Numbered from the stretch's first letter, positions 9,541 to 20,580 are shown. The stretch is DNA of 64,000 nt from Candidatus Moanibacter sp. (GCA_965215885.1 CBDCEW010000098.1:32001-96000); one strand, 5' to 3'. Notes: generated from the letters alone by a model not told the origin. Numbers and translations: made by a program.

Positions 9541-10448
9541 ACTAAAAAATCCTTAACCAACTCTGGCGTCAACTCTGACACTTCATCCCCGGCGTCTTCG
9601 AGGAGGTAATGTCCGGCATCGGGAAAGGTGTGGACCTTGGCGTTGGGAAAGCGCGCTTTCCATCCCTCGAGGAAGGCCTCGGTAAAGACAAAGTCACGCA
9701 ACCCCCAACAGATGAGCATCGGCTTGTCCTGGAGCTTGGGGAGATTCGCTTCTACGGCGCGCATCGCTCCGTGGGAGGGATGCTTCGCGTTCAAGGGTAT
9801 GTCCTGAACGAATCGATGGGTCGCGATGCGGTTTCTCCAACTGTTGTAGGGATAGAGATATCCACGCCTGACTTCGGCAGGCATCGCATTCGTCACGGCC
9901 ATGTGGACGGCCATACCGGCGAATGCGTTGAATTCGCGAATGAGATAAGCGCCGAGGAGTGGCGTTCGGCATAGCTTGAGCCGAAGCGGAATGTCCTGTG
10001 AGAGAAAGGCGGTTGTATTCAGGACGACAATCTTCTCGACTCGGTCCGGCATTTTCCCAGCCAAGGCGAATCCGATCGGACCTCCCCAATCGTGCACAAC
10101 GATGCTGAATCGCTCAAGATTGAGATAGTTCAGGAGTTCCTCCGCATTCCTGACATGGGTTTGAAGGCGATAGGGATATCGTTGAGGTTTGCTGGAAAGG
10201 CCACACCCGATATGGTCCGGCACGATACAGCGGTGGTGATCTCTCAATCTGGTGACCAGTTTGCGATAGTAGAATGACCAGGTGGGATTGCCATGGAACA
10301 TTACCACTGCCGGACCTTCTCCTTCATCTAGATAGTGGTAGCGAAGTGGAGCCGAATCTCCCCCACCCTTTTCGGCATTCCTCTCCAGATCCAGATAATG
10401 TGAGGCAAAGGGATAGAGGGGTCGGAGATCGTCCGGAAGCAGGTACAT
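9537..10448 (-). CDS. oleB: OleB beta-lactone decarboxylase (haloalkane dehalogenase-like alpha/beta hydrolase)
   Basis: LYPFASHYL, HGNPTWSFYYR, VHDWGG and AGHYLLED motifs; directly downstream of oleA. Confidence 0.8.
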   Translation of the reverse strand: MYLLPDDLRPLYPFASHYLDLERNAEKGGGDSAPLRYHYLDEGEGPAVVMFHGNPTWSFYYRKLVTRLRDHHRCIVPDHIGCGLSSKPQRYPYRLQTHVRNAEELLNYLNLERFSIVVHDWGGPIGFALAGKMPDRVEKIVVLNTTAFLSQDIPLRLKLCRTPLLGAYLIREFNAFAGMAVHMAVTNAMPAEVRRGYLYPYNSWRNRIATHRFVQDIPLNAKHPSHGAMRAVEANLPKLQDKPMLICWGLRDFVFTEAFLEGWKARFPNAKVHTFPDAGHYLLEDAGDEVSELTPELVKDFLV

Positions 10449-10504
10449 CTGTTTTTTCGCACCTCAGTTTCAATATTAGGAAAGCGTATTGTGCGAAAAA
10501 AATG

Positions 10505-11539
10505 TCACCATTCCATGGCCAGCATCATGGAGCTGAGACCGCTTCCGATGCCGAGGAGGGCGACACTGTCTCCAGTCTTTATATTTGCGGTTTCGGCGGC
10601 GAGGGCCAGGGTAAGAGGAAGGGAGACAGAGCCGACATTTCCCATCGTTTCAAACGAAGTGTAGTCCTTCTCCACATCCAACCCAAGGGCTTCGAACAGC
10701 CTTCTCTGATGGGCTCTCCCAACCTGGTGCGTAATGACTCGATCTGGAGTCGATTCATTCCAGCCGGAAATTTCCTTAAAATTCTCCCAGGCTCTCTCCG
10801 CCACCTCGATTCCCGCATTGAGCAACTCCTCTGAATTGGTCTGCATCTCAAGGCCGCTTCCACCGGCCGTGTCTCCTTCGCAGAGTTGGTTATGGCGGGT
10901 ATCGGTTTCGACGACCCCGCAGAGGAGCCGCGGCTTACTCGCGCCGACGAGAGAGTCGTGGCAGAGGACGGCCGCGGCAGAACCGGCTCCAACCGTAAGG
11001 TTGGCGAAGAACGGCTTTATGGAATTTCGATCGAGGTTCGGATCGAGGAGCTGCTCGAGGGTGCGCTCGACGAGGGGCCGGCCATCCTCTCCCGCCACAA
11101 TCAACGCCCTTCGAATCTGCCCGGAATCAATCATACTCCCAGTGAGCGCCATGGCATTGACGAAACCGAGGCAGGCATTGGATAGATCAAAGATCTGGGT
11201 ATGCGGGGCGAGGTCCAACCTCTGGTGAACATACGCCGCGGTGGCCGGCTCCAGTCGGTCGCGGCAAACACCGGTATGGACCACAAGATCAAAGTCATTC
11301 CGATCAAAGACGCTGAGCTTAAGAGCCTCTTGACCCGCCATTGCACTGGCCTCCGAGGCAAGTACAGGCCTCTCCCAGAATCGCCTCTCCCGAATACCGG
11401 TCATCAACTCGAGGCGGCCGTAAGGCAGCCCCAAACGATCATAGAGCGGCGCCAACCGCAGTTCGATCTCTTCAGATGTCCAACGCTCGGGGGGAAGCAC
11501 GTAAGCGATTGATTCAAGGCAGACGTGTCTGAAGTTCAT
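10505..11539 (-). CDS. oleA: OleA thiolase-fold acyl-CoA condensing enzyme (KAS III-like)
   Basis: RLELMTGIRERRFW, DRLEPATA (OleA Glu), SNACLG (Cys), THQVG (His) and GNVGS (Asn). Confidence 0.85.
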   Translation of the reverse strand: MNFRHVCLESIAYVLPPERWTSEEIELRLAPLYDRLGLPYGRLELMTGIRERRFWERPVLASEASAMAGQEALKLSVFDRNDFDLVVHTGVCRDRLEPATAAYVHQRLDLAPHTQIFDLSNACLGFVNAMALTGSMIDSGQIRRALIVAGEDGRPLVERTLEQLLDPNLDRNSIKPFFANLTVGAGSAAAVLCHDSLVGASKPRLLCGVVETDTRHNQLCEGDTAGGSGLEMQTNSEELLNAGIEVAERAWENFKEISGWNESTPDRVITHQVGRAHQRRLFEALGLDVEKDYTSFETMGNVGSVSLPLTLALAAETANIKTGDSVALLGIGSGLSSMMLAMEW

Positions 11540-11556
11540 CCGAAATTTTTGCCTTG

Positions 11557-11589
11557 GGAATCTGTCGGACTTAGGGTCCGACAGATTCC
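11557..11589. repeat. Minimal MITE made of fused TIRs (GGAATCTGTCGGAC-TTAGG-GTCCGACAGATTCC)
   Basis: 14-bp perfect IR with the same TIR as 9398-9497 and 34163-34258. Confidence 0.75.
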
Positions 11590-11784
11590 TCTAAAGAAAA
11601 TGAATCTGAATTCCACGACAAAGCTCACGACAAGGTTCGCGACCCGTCGCCGCTCTGCTTTGCCGAGGCATGCAAGGTTACCAGAGTTTTCCGTGCCACC
11701 TTCTCCATTCGTGTCCATTCGCGTGCATCTGCGGTTCTCTTCTTCTTTTTTGATTGCGGCTTCTCTGCGCTAGCACATCCGTGG

Positions 11785-12624
11785 TTACTCCCTCTCTTCA
11801 ACCTGTTTTGCTTCCGGCGGCCTCGTAGCCGGACGCACGACCTCCTTGTCAAAATAATTCAGATCCATTCCCGCATTTACCACAATACCCTGCCCGTTAA
11901 TTCCGCTCGAGCGTTCACTGAGGAGAAAAAGGGCGGTATCGGCAACCTCCTGCGTAAGAACGCCCCGTTTTCGAAAAGTGAGCTTCTCGGCGTAGAGGTA
12001 ATTGTCGAGATATCCCGGGATACCGGCTGAGGCACTCGTCTTTAAGGGACCCGAGTTTACGGAGTTGAATCGAATTTCGCTGTCAGCGCTGAAGGATTTG
12101 GCCAGATTCCGCACGCAGCCCTCGAGTGCGGATTTAATGGGCGACATATAGCCGTAATTCTCCGCCGTCACGAGGGTGGATGATATTCCAATCGTAACAA
12201 TGGAGGCTTTCGTATTCAAGTATGGCTTAAAGGCGTTGCTGATTTCAACGAGGGAAAAGGCGGAGATCTGGGCAGCCTGAAGAAAGTCAGCTCGATCCGT
12301 TTCGTGAAACGGCTGGAGGCCACCGCTGTAGTTGGCAAAGGCCAAACTGTGCACGATTCCGTCAAGTGGCGTGAATTCGTCCCTTACCGAGTCCATCAGT
12401 CGTCCGATCTCCTCGGAATTCTCCACGTCGCAGGTGAAGACGGCCTTGTCGGCGAGTAATCCAGCCAACGATTCGCGACGCTTGTCCGAACGAACACTGT
12501 ATACGACCCGCGCGCCCTCTTCTTCCAGGGTCCTTGCAATGGAGTATGCAACGCTTTTCTTGTTGGCTACGCCAAAGACCAGGATCGTTTTGCCTCGGAG
12601 ATTGAGAAAGCTCATAGCCCGCAT
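11785..12624 (-). CDS. fabI: Enoyl-ACP reductase (FabI-like)
   Basis: [30 protein letters not shown] (Y-x6-K) and SGPLKTSAS motifs. Confidence 0.85.
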   Translation of the reverse strand: MRAMSFLNLRGKTILVFGVANKKSVAYSIARTLEEEGARVVYSVRSDKRRESLAGLLADKAVFTCDVENSEEIGRLMDSVRDEFTPLDGIVHSLAFANYSGGLQPFHETDRADFLQAAQISAFSLVEISNAFKPYLNTKASIVTIGISSTLVTAENYGYMSPIKSALEGCVRNLAKSFSADSEIRFNSVNSGPLKTSASAGIPGYLDNYLYAEKLTFRKRGVLTQEVADTALFLLSERSSGINGQGIVVNAGMDLNYFDKEVVRPATRPPEAKQVEERE

Positions 12625-12649
12625 TTCTAACGAATTCCTATGAAGCCGT

Positions 12650-13087
12650 TCACTCTTCGATCATGGCGAGGGTGAATTCGATACTGAGAGCGAGCTTGCC
12701 GTCCTGTCTTCTAACGGTTCCGTAGAGCCGGTGGAATTTTCCCATGAGCGTTTCTATGAATCGCGCCTCGATCAGAATCTCATCACCCGGCTTCACCATA
12801 TTTTTGAACTTTGCCTCTTTTATACGCGATAGAATGGGGGTGCGGTCTTCCACACTCTCTCCTTTTTCACGGAATTTGCCGACCAAATAAACGGCGCCCG
12901 TTTGAAAGACTGCCTCACAGAGAAGAACTCCGGGCATAATCGGATTGCCTGGATAATGCCCAATGAAGTGCGGTTCCTCACCCCTGATCTTCCTCTTTGT
13001 GACGGCTTTTTCCTCCGTCACTTCAACGATCTCATCGATGAAAAGAAACGGGGGCCGGTGCGGGATGGTCTGAACAGTCAGATTCAA
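12650..13087 (-). CDS. fabZ: 3-hydroxyacyl-ACP dehydratase (FabZ family)
   Basis: [11 protein letters not shown] and [19 protein letters not shown] motifs. Confidence 0.9.
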   Translation of the reverse strand: MNLTVQTIPHRPPFLFIDEIVEVTEEKAVTKRKIRGEEPHFIGHYPGNPIMPGVLLCEAVFQTGAVYLVGKFREKGESVEDRTPILSRIKEAKFKNMVKPGDEILIEARFIETLMGKFHRLYGTVRRQDGKLALSIEFTLAMIEE

Positions 13088-14583
13088 TCTCTCGGACTTT
13101 TGCCCGAATGGCTGCTCGTCATTCTTTTGGAGAGTTCGGGCTGAAGTCCCTCTTGAAAATCGCCCAAAAGCTTGTCGATCTTATTGGCAACGATAACACC
13201 GTAATTAATCGCTCCAAGCCATCCAGACATGATAATGCCGACCGACCCGGCGTGAAAAAGACCTTTTATCTGTTGGGAAAGATTCATCGACACCTTTAAT
13301 CCTTCGAATTTCGTCCCGAAGGAAGTCCCTTTCATATGTTTCGTATAGTAATTGATGGTACGAGGGGTGGCGGCTTCCAGATGGTCGATCTTTTCGCGAA
13401 TTCCCGGTATCAATTTCTCCAATGAAGCGACCGATTCCTCGCAGAGCCTCTCTTTTTCGCGACGGTACTCTTCTTCACTCATTTTGGACCAATCGTCCCA
13501 CGTGCTGTTAAGCGAACAGACGACGGTGGTACGCGGCACTTTCAAATGCGGTCGAGTGGCCGGATAATAGACGGAATAGGTGCGACTGCTGGTGTTGAGA
13601 TCGGTCAATTCTTCCATGGAGAACTCCTTCGCCTCCGACGTGAATACGAGGTCGCCGATCTCCGGGATAGATTCGCCGCGTTTAAGGCCCATATAGACCT
13701 GGCACGAGCTTGTATTCGTTCGGACACTCTCCGCCTCCTTGACGAAGTCGGGCTCAAATTGCTCCCTTCCGACCAACCTCAGGATCGTGTTCTTAATATT
13801 CGCGTTTGAGAGGACAGCCTTGCAGCGCAGGAGCCGACCATTTACACGGACACCTCTGATCTGTTTCTGGCCTTCCCTTTTCTCCACAAAAACGTTTTCT
13901 ACAAGAGCGCGTCTGCGAAGGACAACCCCGTTGCTGCGGAGCTCCTTGACCATCTTTTTTATGAGGACATCGGTGCCCCCTCGAAATGTATACACGCCTT
14001 TGTTCATGAAATTCCCGAAGACGATCCCGAAAGTTATCGCTGGATCGTCCATCGTACTTCCGTTGGCATAGGCCATCGGCTCCATGAGAAGACGATGGAC
14101 ATCGGCGCGTCCGGGAAAAAACTGCTCGAAAAGCTCTCTCGTCGTCAGTGATGTGTCATCATAGAAATTCATAGCCTTTATCTGGTTGAAAAAGGCTTCC
14201 ACCTTCTCACGGGCGATTTTGAATTTCTCGTTCAGGAGCCCGGTAAAATGCTTTCGATCAAAGGTCGTCCAAATATTGAACTGTGGATTTATGAAGCGAA
14301 CATTCCTCAGTTGCACGATCGAGTCCGCGATTTCCTTTGTCCAGTATTTGCGGCACGACTTGATCATACCGATAGGAAAGCCGTGCAGGGAGATATCGAA
14401 AATGTGTCCGCCCTTCCGCTTAAACCAGGTCGCCAATCCTCCATATTGGTAGTGATGCTCGAGAAGAAGAACGGAGTGGCCGTTCTTGGCCAGGCAATTG
14501 GCTCCCGTCAGTCCGGCCAAACCACTGCCGATAACGATCACATCGTAGTATTCGGAAACGTCTGTCAGCCAGTCGCGAGCCAT
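13084..14583 (-). CDS. FAD-dependent oxidoreductase, phytoene desaturase (CrtI)-like
   Basis: VIGSGLAGL...[10 protein letters not shown] dinucleotide-binding motif, EAATPRT, GLFHAGS. Stop overlaps the fabZ start. Confidence 0.85.
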   Translation of the reverse strand: MARDWLTDVSEYYDVIVIGSGLAGLTGANCLAKNGHSVLLLEHHYQYGGLATWFKRKGGHIFDISLHGFPIGMIKSCRKYWTKEIADSIVQLRNVRFINPQFNIWTTFDRKHFTGLLNEKFKIAREKVEAFFNQIKAMNFYDDTSLTTRELFEQFFPGRADVHRLLMEPMAYANGSTMDDPAITFGIVFGNFMNKGVYTFRGGTDVLIKKMVKELRSNGVVLRRRALVENVFVEKREGQKQIRGVRVNGRLLRCKAVLSNANIKNTILRLVGREQFEPDFVKEAESVRTNTSSCQVYMGLKRGESIPEIGDLVFTSEAKEFSMEELTDLNTSSRTYSVYYPATRPHLKVPRTTVVCSLNSTWDDWSKMSEEEYRREKERLCEESVASLEKLIPGIREKIDHLEAATPRTINYYTKHMKGTSFGTKFEGLKVSMNLSQQIKGLFHAGSVGIIMSGWLGAINYGVIVANKIDKLLGDFQEGLQPELSKRMTSSHSGKSPRD

Positions 14584-15259
14584 GGAGTTAGATTGATAGG
14601 ACATACCCCGGGTTAGTAGATTCGTAAACCTCCTCCTATCACTATTGTCAGATGAACTTCAACAAAAAAAGAGTTCCGAGCCAGGGTTCGGAAAAAGAAA
14701 AGGGGTCACAGAGCACCACTGAGAAGCACAGAGGCACACAGAGCGGACCAAGGTGGAAGAAGTGGGAGGTATGAAAATACGATTGTTTTCTTATGAAGAA
14801 ATTTCTAAGCCGCAGATATAACCCGTTGATGGTCAAGAAATATGGTTCTGTTAATCAAAAGAGAACGTTAAGCTTAAAAGTTGAATGGATCAGAGATTTC
14901 AGATGACACAAATTGAGCCCTGCCTTGTCATTCCCCATCCGTCGTACGGCGGAGTCCCGGCGGGGTATTCTTCTCCCATATTTGCAACTTTGCGGCTTTG
15001 GTGGAGAACTCTTTCCTCTTTCTCTCCGTTTTCCTTTGTTTCCTTCTGTTCAATTCTCTTCTCCATGTAAGGACCTACGAGTTTAGTTGCAGCTACCCTG
15101 CGCCAAGCTTCCTTTGGCACGGCGCAGCGGAGCAGAGACGGCTCCGTGTTCCTCTGTGACCCTGATTTCGCAACGATTTAACCCTTTATTTCTACCATCC
15201 TTCAATACCAGTTCTTCGCATAGTGCAAAGAAGCTTCAAAGAACAGACTCCCTCGCCGT

Positions 15260-16573
15260 TCAACCCGACAGGAACCGATGAGAGAGATAAAGAATGGAGA
15301 AGCCGGTTAGATAGACCAATCCCATCCAACTCAGAATCCGCATAAAGAGGCCCGGCTGCATCTCTTTTGGGGTATGAAGTGACGTAATGAGGCGATAATT
15401 GAGAAAGGCGAGTAGCGGGGCCACAAGAAAGGCGAGTATCGTGGCCATATCAATCATTTTCGTAAGGTTGAAAAAAAGGGAATGAATGACAAAAATCTCG
15501 ATAACGAAACCCACTCCGATTACAATCCACCGCACGGTTGTCTCGCGAATACGAACCGCGGATATGGCGAGCTTTATGCCGAGGCTTATGGCACGCGGCG
15601 TTGCATCGATCACGGTAAGCGTGGTGGAATACATGGTTGTAAACGCAGCCAGTCCTATTAAGGGAAGCGCCCAGGCACCGAGAGTCTCACTATATAGGTT
15701 GAGGAGCTGCTTGACGAAAAGAGTGCCCTGATCCGAAAACTCCTCTCCAGAACCATGCAGGACAAGTGCGCCGAGCGCAAGAAAGAGGAGGGCCAGAGCA
15801 ACCGATAAGAGGAAGCCGAATCTGAAGTCGTAGATTGCTTCATCAAATCTAATTCGCCGCTGTTGCCTCCTCTCCTTGGCTCCGATCCAAAGCGATTGAA
15901 AGACGGCTAATTCAATCGGTGCCGGCATCCATCCCATGAGCGCGATAAGAAACCCCAGATTCGCCAGATTCCAAGGGGAGGGACTTCTGAATTCCGGGGC
16001 AGCCACGGGACCGTTGAAAAGGGCGATCAGGAAAGCCGCCGCGGTGGCACTCACGAGCAGAAGAATAAATACTTTCATTATTCTCTCTAACCAGATGTAT
16101 TCACCCAGGAGCAGAATACCGACGCAGGACAAGAGAATCAGGATGGCCCATATTGATAAATGCCAATTGCTCGAGAGGAGGTATTTGGCAAGGTAGGCAG
16201 TCAACACGGTGATCCCCGCGATACCAATTATGCCGACTATGATCTGAATAACGAGATAGAGATAAAGAAACCCTCTTCCCATGCGCCGATATCCGTGGAG
16301 CAGACTTTCCCGAGTCGCAACAGTGTAACGATGCCCGTATTCAAAGAACGGGTACTTGAGGAGATTTATCAGGAGCACCAGAATTAGAAGCTGAAATCCA
16401 AAGGACGCACCTGCCCGGGTTGATTGGACAAGATGTGATACCCCAATGGCAGCTCCGGCCATAAGGAGACCTGGGCCGAGTTTCCTGAGAGGACCTTCAA
16501 CAGGTGATGATTCGCCCCGCATCTTTGCACTCGCCGAATCCAATTCGATCAGATATTCGACCCTGTAGAACAT
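15260..16573 (-). CDS. NRAMP-related divalent cation transporter (true start possibly near 16522)
   Basis: LGPGLLMAGAAIGVSHLVQSTRAGA and GWMPAPIE motifs; about 11 TM segments. Confidence 0.8.
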   Translation of the reverse strand: MFYRVEYLIELDSASAKMRGESSPVEGPLRKLGPGLLMAGAAIGVSHLVQSTRAGASFGFQLLILVLLINLLKYPFFEYGHRYTVATRESLLHGYRRMGRGFLYLYLVIQIIVGIIGIAGITVLTAYLAKYLLSSNWHLSIWAILILLSCVGILLLGEYIWLERIMKVFILLLVSATAAAFLIALFNGPVAAPEFRSPSPWNLANLGFLIALMGWMPAPIELAVFQSLWIGAKERRQQRRIRFDEAIYDFRFGFLLSVALALLFLALGALVLHGSGEEFSDQGTLFVKQLLNLYSETLGAWALPLIGLAAFTTMYSTTLTVIDATPRAISLGIKLAISAVRIRETTVRWIVIGVGFVIEIFVIHSLFFNLTKMIDMATILAFLVAPLLAFLNYRLITSLHTPKEMQPGLFMRILSWMGLVYLTGFSILYLSHRFLSG

Positions 16574-16610
16574 TGCACAACACGGTCCATGGCAAGTTCG
16601 GAGTTCTAAG

Positions 16611-17666
16611 ATGAATAAAGAAGAGCTACGGGAACAGTATCCGAAGCTTCTCTTTCTTGATGAAGCGGACCTCGAATCCCTGTCCGGCTATCTTCGCGCC
16701 TTGCACGTGATCCGTGAAGGAGACCGAGTGACGGGCCGAGAGATACCGGGAGCCGGCAACATGAATTACACACTTCGGGTATTCACTCAGGAGGGCTCTT
16801 TCATTCTCAAACAAGCGCGACCGTGGGTGGAGAAATACCCGGAGATCGAGGCACCATGGGACCGCGTATTATCGGAAGCGGAATTCTATGAGCGTGCACG
16901 GGGTCAGCCCGAATTGGCCGAACGCATGCCCCATCTACTTGCGGTGGATGCACAATCGAGGATTCTCGTAATCACGGATCTTGGATCGGCGAGCGACTTT
17001 ACCGATATCTACTCGGATCGACCGCCCTCGGACCTGGAGTTTTCCGAACTGGCGGAGTGGCTTTCATCTCTGCACAACTGTGTATTCGGTGAAGCGGAGC
17101 GAAAGCGTCTCAGAAACCGGGGGATGCGCACTCTAAATCACGAACACATTTTCAACTTCCCGCTTCGAGCAGACAATGGACTCGATCTGGACTCGATCAC
17201 TTCCGGTTTAAAGGAAAAAGCAGAAGAGTTCGTGGAAGATGGCATTTTCGTGAAGGCGGTTCAGGCAGTCGGCGCAATTTACCTTTCCGATGGCCCAACA
17301 CTGGTGCACGGCGATTTTTTTCCTGGAAGCTGGTTGCGTAGCGAAAAAGGCACACACGTCATCGATGCGGAATTCTGTTTCTTTGGTGTCGGCGAATTCG
17401 ATGTAGGGGTCTGTTGCGCACACTTTTGCCTGGCGCGCCTCCACGGCGGCGCTTTGACAAAATTCCTCGAATCGTATTCCGGCAGCATTTCCTTCGATCA
17501 GCGATTAATGAAGCAATTTGCCGGCGTAGAGATTATGCGACGCCTGATCGGCGTGGCCCAACTCCCCTTGACCTATGGTCTCAAGGAGAAAGTTGAGCTG
17601 CTCTCGCTCTCCCGGCGCCTCGTCCTCAATCCAGAAGATTCCGATTTTTCAGTTGAAGAGATTTGA
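16611..17666 (+). CDS. 5-methylthioribose kinase-like phosphotransferase (APH family)
   Basis: GAGNMNY, ILKQARPWV, HGDFFPGS and IDAEFCFFG motifs. Confidence 0.8.
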   Translation: MNKEELREQYPKLLFLDEADLESLSGYLRALHVIREGDRVTGREIPGAGNMNYTLRVFTQEGSFILKQARPWVEKYPEIEAPWDRVLSEAEFYERARGQPELAERMPHLLAVDAQSRILVITDLGSASDFTDIYSDRPPSDLEFSELAEWLSSLHNCVFGEAERKRLRNRGMRTLNHEHIFNFPLRADNGLDLDSITSGLKEKAEEFVEDGIFVKAVQAVGAIYLSDGPTLVHGDFFPGSWLRSEKGTHVIDAEFCFFGVGEFDVGVCCAHFCLARLHGGALTKFLESYSGSISFDQRLMKQFAGVEIMRRLIGVAQLPLTYGLKEKVELLSLSRRLVLNPEDSDFSVEEI

Positions 17667-18196
17667 ACAGAAGGAAACAGAGGAAAACGGAGAGTAAGAG
17701 GAAAGAATTCTCACGCAACGGTCTTCGACCCGCAAGCGGCACTACGCCCTGTCAAGAAGACTATGGTCTCAAGTTGAGGCCGTTCCTCGGGAGATGAAGA
17801 GAGAGAGACACGGAGAGTAAGAGGAAAGACGACTTCGACCCGGGGATCAAGAAGACGCAAAGGGGGAGATGAAGAAGAGAGACACGGGAGATGGGGAGAG
17901 TGGGATGCTGATCGATTTTCCCGTCGTGAATCATAATCGTGGTCTCCGTCAAAATGGATTCGACAAGGTTCGGGACCCGTCGTCGCTGTGCTTTGCCGAG
18001 GCAGGCAGGGTTTCCCTTTCGGGTTGTTCCGCGTAATTGGAAAATTAAAGTAAAGGAAGGGCACTGGTCACGTTTGTTCAAACCTCGTCGCAAACGTTCT
18101 CGAGAACCTTGCATCCCTCGGCATAGCGGAGGCACGACGGATGAGGGGAATTTGGTCAATCTTTGGCTGCAATCATAATCGCAGTCGAAAAGCGGG

Positions 18197-19219
18197 CTAG
18201 CTTCTCGGATGGGCCTTACGGTGCGCTTCTTTGAGGCGGGCAACACCGACATGAGTATAAATTTGTGTAGTTGAGAGGCTGGCGTGGCCAAGTAATTCCT
18301 GAACGGATCGAAGGTCGGCTCCACGGCTAAGCAAATGGGTGGCATATGAATGGCGTATTTTGTGAGGCGACATATCCATCGGCAGTTCCGCGAGGCTGAG
18401 ATACTTCTTTACCATTTTCTGCACAAACCGCACGCTAATCCGCTTTCCGTTGCGGTGTACCAGGACGGGGCTATCGAAGCCACTATCCGGCACATATTGC
18501 TCTCTAAAAGTGCGCAGACAGGCCATAGCCACTCTTCCCAATGGACACAGCCGCTCCTTATTGCCCTTCCCAAGAATCCTCGCAACGCCGGTTTCCTCAT
18601 CGATCATACCGTTATTGAGTTGAACCAGTTCGCTCACTCTGAGTCCACCGCCGTAGAGCAGTTCCAACGCGAGCCGATCCCTCCAGGCCTGGAAAGGGGT
18701 AGCTGACTTTTCATTGAGGAGCAGCATCGGTCCCGAAAGGAGGTGAGAAATCTGACTCTCAGTAAGAAATTTCGGGAGTGATTTCCGAACCTTGGGAAGG
18801 ATCGCTCCTACGAACGGATTCGATCGCACGAACTTTTCCTGAAGAAGAAACCTGAAAAATGAACGCAGGGCTGAAATGCGGTTGTGAATGGTCCTTCTCG
18901 ATAGTTGATGCTGGCTCTCAATAATGTAATCACGAACCAGTGTCTCGTCGACTTCTCCCAGGTCTCCGCTCCAGATTCCGGTTTTCCGCAGCCACCGGAA
19001 AAAATGAGCCAGGGAATTTCGGTAATTTTTCACGGTGTGGAGCGAGAGTCTCCTCTCTAAGGACAGCTTATCCAGAAATCGCCGACTCAGGATGGTCTCC
19101 GGAGAGAGGCAGGGTTCAGGTGAACTATCCACTTTTGTCTCGGAATTACCCCGTTCCGGTATAAACGTGTTTAGCGTGATGGCAAATACCTTTGTTCGAT
19201 ATTCGAAACAAGGGTTCAA
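18197..19219 (-). CDS. xerC: Tyrosine recombinase XerC (true start probably near 19130)
   Basis: LYGGGLRVSE, GKGNKER, HKIRHSYATH and LGHASLSTTQIYTHV; ends in HPRS. Confidence 0.9.
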   Translation of the reverse strand: MNPCFEYRTKVFAITLNTFIPERGNSETKVDSSPEPCLSPETILSRRFLDKLSLERRLSLHTVKNYRNSLAHFFRWLRKTGIWSGDLGEVDETLVRDYIIESQHQLSRRTIHNRISALRSFFRFLLQEKFVRSNPFVGAILPKVRKSLPKFLTESQISHLLSGPMLLLNEKSATPFQAWRDRLALELLYGGGLRVSELVQLNNGMIDEETGVARILGKGNKERLCPLGRVAMACLRTFREQYVPDSGFDSPVLVHRNGKRISVRFVQKMVKKYLSLAELPMDMSPHKIRHSYATHLLSRGADLRSVQELLGHASLSTTQIYTHVGVARLKEAHRKAHPRS

Positions 19220-19370
19220 GCCTGAATGGCACTAACCGAATGTAAGAATCGCTCGCAAGCGAGCTTCCTACGACGAACGTAAGTTTTTGTAGGAAGGCCG
19301 CTTGCGGCCGAATCGGGAACATCGGTGATCACCGTAACGATCCCTTAATTTAGTGCCATTCGGTTCAAGC
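19213..19370. mobile_element. MITE of about 140 bp with TIR GAATGGCACTAA, flanking direct repeat GGTTCAAGC and an internal REP doublet
   Basis: GGTTCAAGC at 19213-19221 and 19362-19370. TIRs adjacent. Internal inverted GTAGGAAG.CGCTTGC REP pair. Confidence 0.75.
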
Positions 19371-19443
19371 CTTAGAAGTGAATTCTGCTGAAAACCCCCA
19401 AGTTTTTGTCCCGGATTCCGAGACCACGACTTTCTCACCTGAA

Positions 19444-19998
19444 TCAATCCAAACCCAACACTTTCCGGCCTTCTTCAGAAATCATATGTGGGGTCCAAAG
19501 CGGGTCCCAGACGATTTGCACATCCGCGGAATTCACCCTCGGTATTCCCTCGATTTTTGCTTTCGCGTCGGCTGCAATGGCCGGCCCCATTCCGCATCCT
19601 TGAGCGGTCAAAGTCATCTTTACCTCCACTCGGCAATGTCCGTCATCCTGATCGAGTATATTCAAGTCGTAAATGAGGCCCAGATCAACAATGTTAACGG
19701 GGATTTCCGGATCGTAGCAGGTCTTCAAGGCATTCCAGACCCGATCTTCACTAAAACTGTCATCTTGCGACTCCTCCAATTGAAGACCCTGGCGAAATTT
19801 CTCGGCAAAAGCATCTCCCAACGCATCGACGTCCGACCTCTCCAGGCGAAACAGGCCCATGTCGGCTCGAATTGTTATCGATCCGCCTAAGGCCTGCGTA
19901 ACAATCACTCCCGTTCCCTTCGGAAGATTGATCTCATCTCCCGCCGGTATCAAAGTTACTCGACAGTCTCGAACCAGTTCTTGCTCTCGATTTTCCAT
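19444..19998 (-). CDS. sufT: Fe-S cluster assembly protein SufT (PaaD/DUF59)
   Basis: QALGGS, CYDPEIPVNIVDLGLIY, MTLTAQGCGMG and VWDPLWT motifs. Confidence 0.9.
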   Translation of the reverse strand: MENREQELVRDCRVTLIPAGDEINLPKGTGVIVTQALGGSITIRADMGLFRLERSDVDALGDAFAEKFRQGLQLEESQDDSFSEDRVWNALKTCYDPEIPVNIVDLGLIYDLNILDQDDGHCRVEVKMTLTAQGCGMGPAIAADAKAKIEGIPRVNSADVQIVWDPLWTPHMISEEGRKVLGLD

Positions 19999-20188
19999 GG
20001 TCGCTTCGAAACCGCTAAGCGGTATCTCTACATAAAGGAATTGGAGTACTTAGTAATAAGCCCTTATTTCGGAGTAAAGCAAATCATTTCCAGCCAGGCC
20101 GTATGAAAGGAGCTGAACCCAATCCCATTTTTAGGATTTCTCCCACTTTGGGCTGCCCGCCGTTGCCCAAGGACTTCGGAGGACGGGC

Positions 20189-20319
20189 CGCCCCATACCA
20201 CCGTGCCTGCCGGTGACCACAAGTCCCCAGCTCGAACAGAGTCTCAGTTATGATTTCCTCCTTCATCCTGTGACCACCGTAAGGAACAGTGGTATGGCTA
20301 CAGCACCCGTGGGCCAACT
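20189..20319 (-). repeat. Dispersed repeat of about 130 bp, copy 1 (inverted homolog at 41774-41905)
   Basis: Shares GTAGCCAT..CAC.GTTCCTTACGGTGGTC..GGATGAAGGAGG..TTCGAGCTGGGGACT.GTGGTC.CCGGCAGGCAC.GTGG.ATGGGGCG with the second copy. Confidence 0.8.
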
Positions 20320-20580
20320 TTTTCCGGTTTATATTCCACCCGAGGGCATCGCAATCTCATTCGTAGCTCATCCACGAAGAACATTAGCTCCCCGTTACCT
20401 CCAACCTCGCTCCAACACTTCCAGAATCCTGTAGTCTTGCATGCATGAATCAGACAGCCGTGAACATCGATCTTGTGGTCTATCGAGTCTGGTCTCCGTC
20501 TTCTTGCGAAGCCGGCTACATAGGTTTTGATAGTCGATCACGTTAACCACCCACTGCGCCAGGACAGGGAATGATCAATT

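Noticed and set aside
13084..14583. Carotenoid biosynthesis (crtI)
   Set aside because: No crtB or crtE nearby; the context is fatty-acid and olefin genes.
18197..19219. Prophage or island integrase
   Set aside because: The sequence is XerC-like (HPRS end), sits among housekeeping genes and has no phage genes or att repeats nearby.
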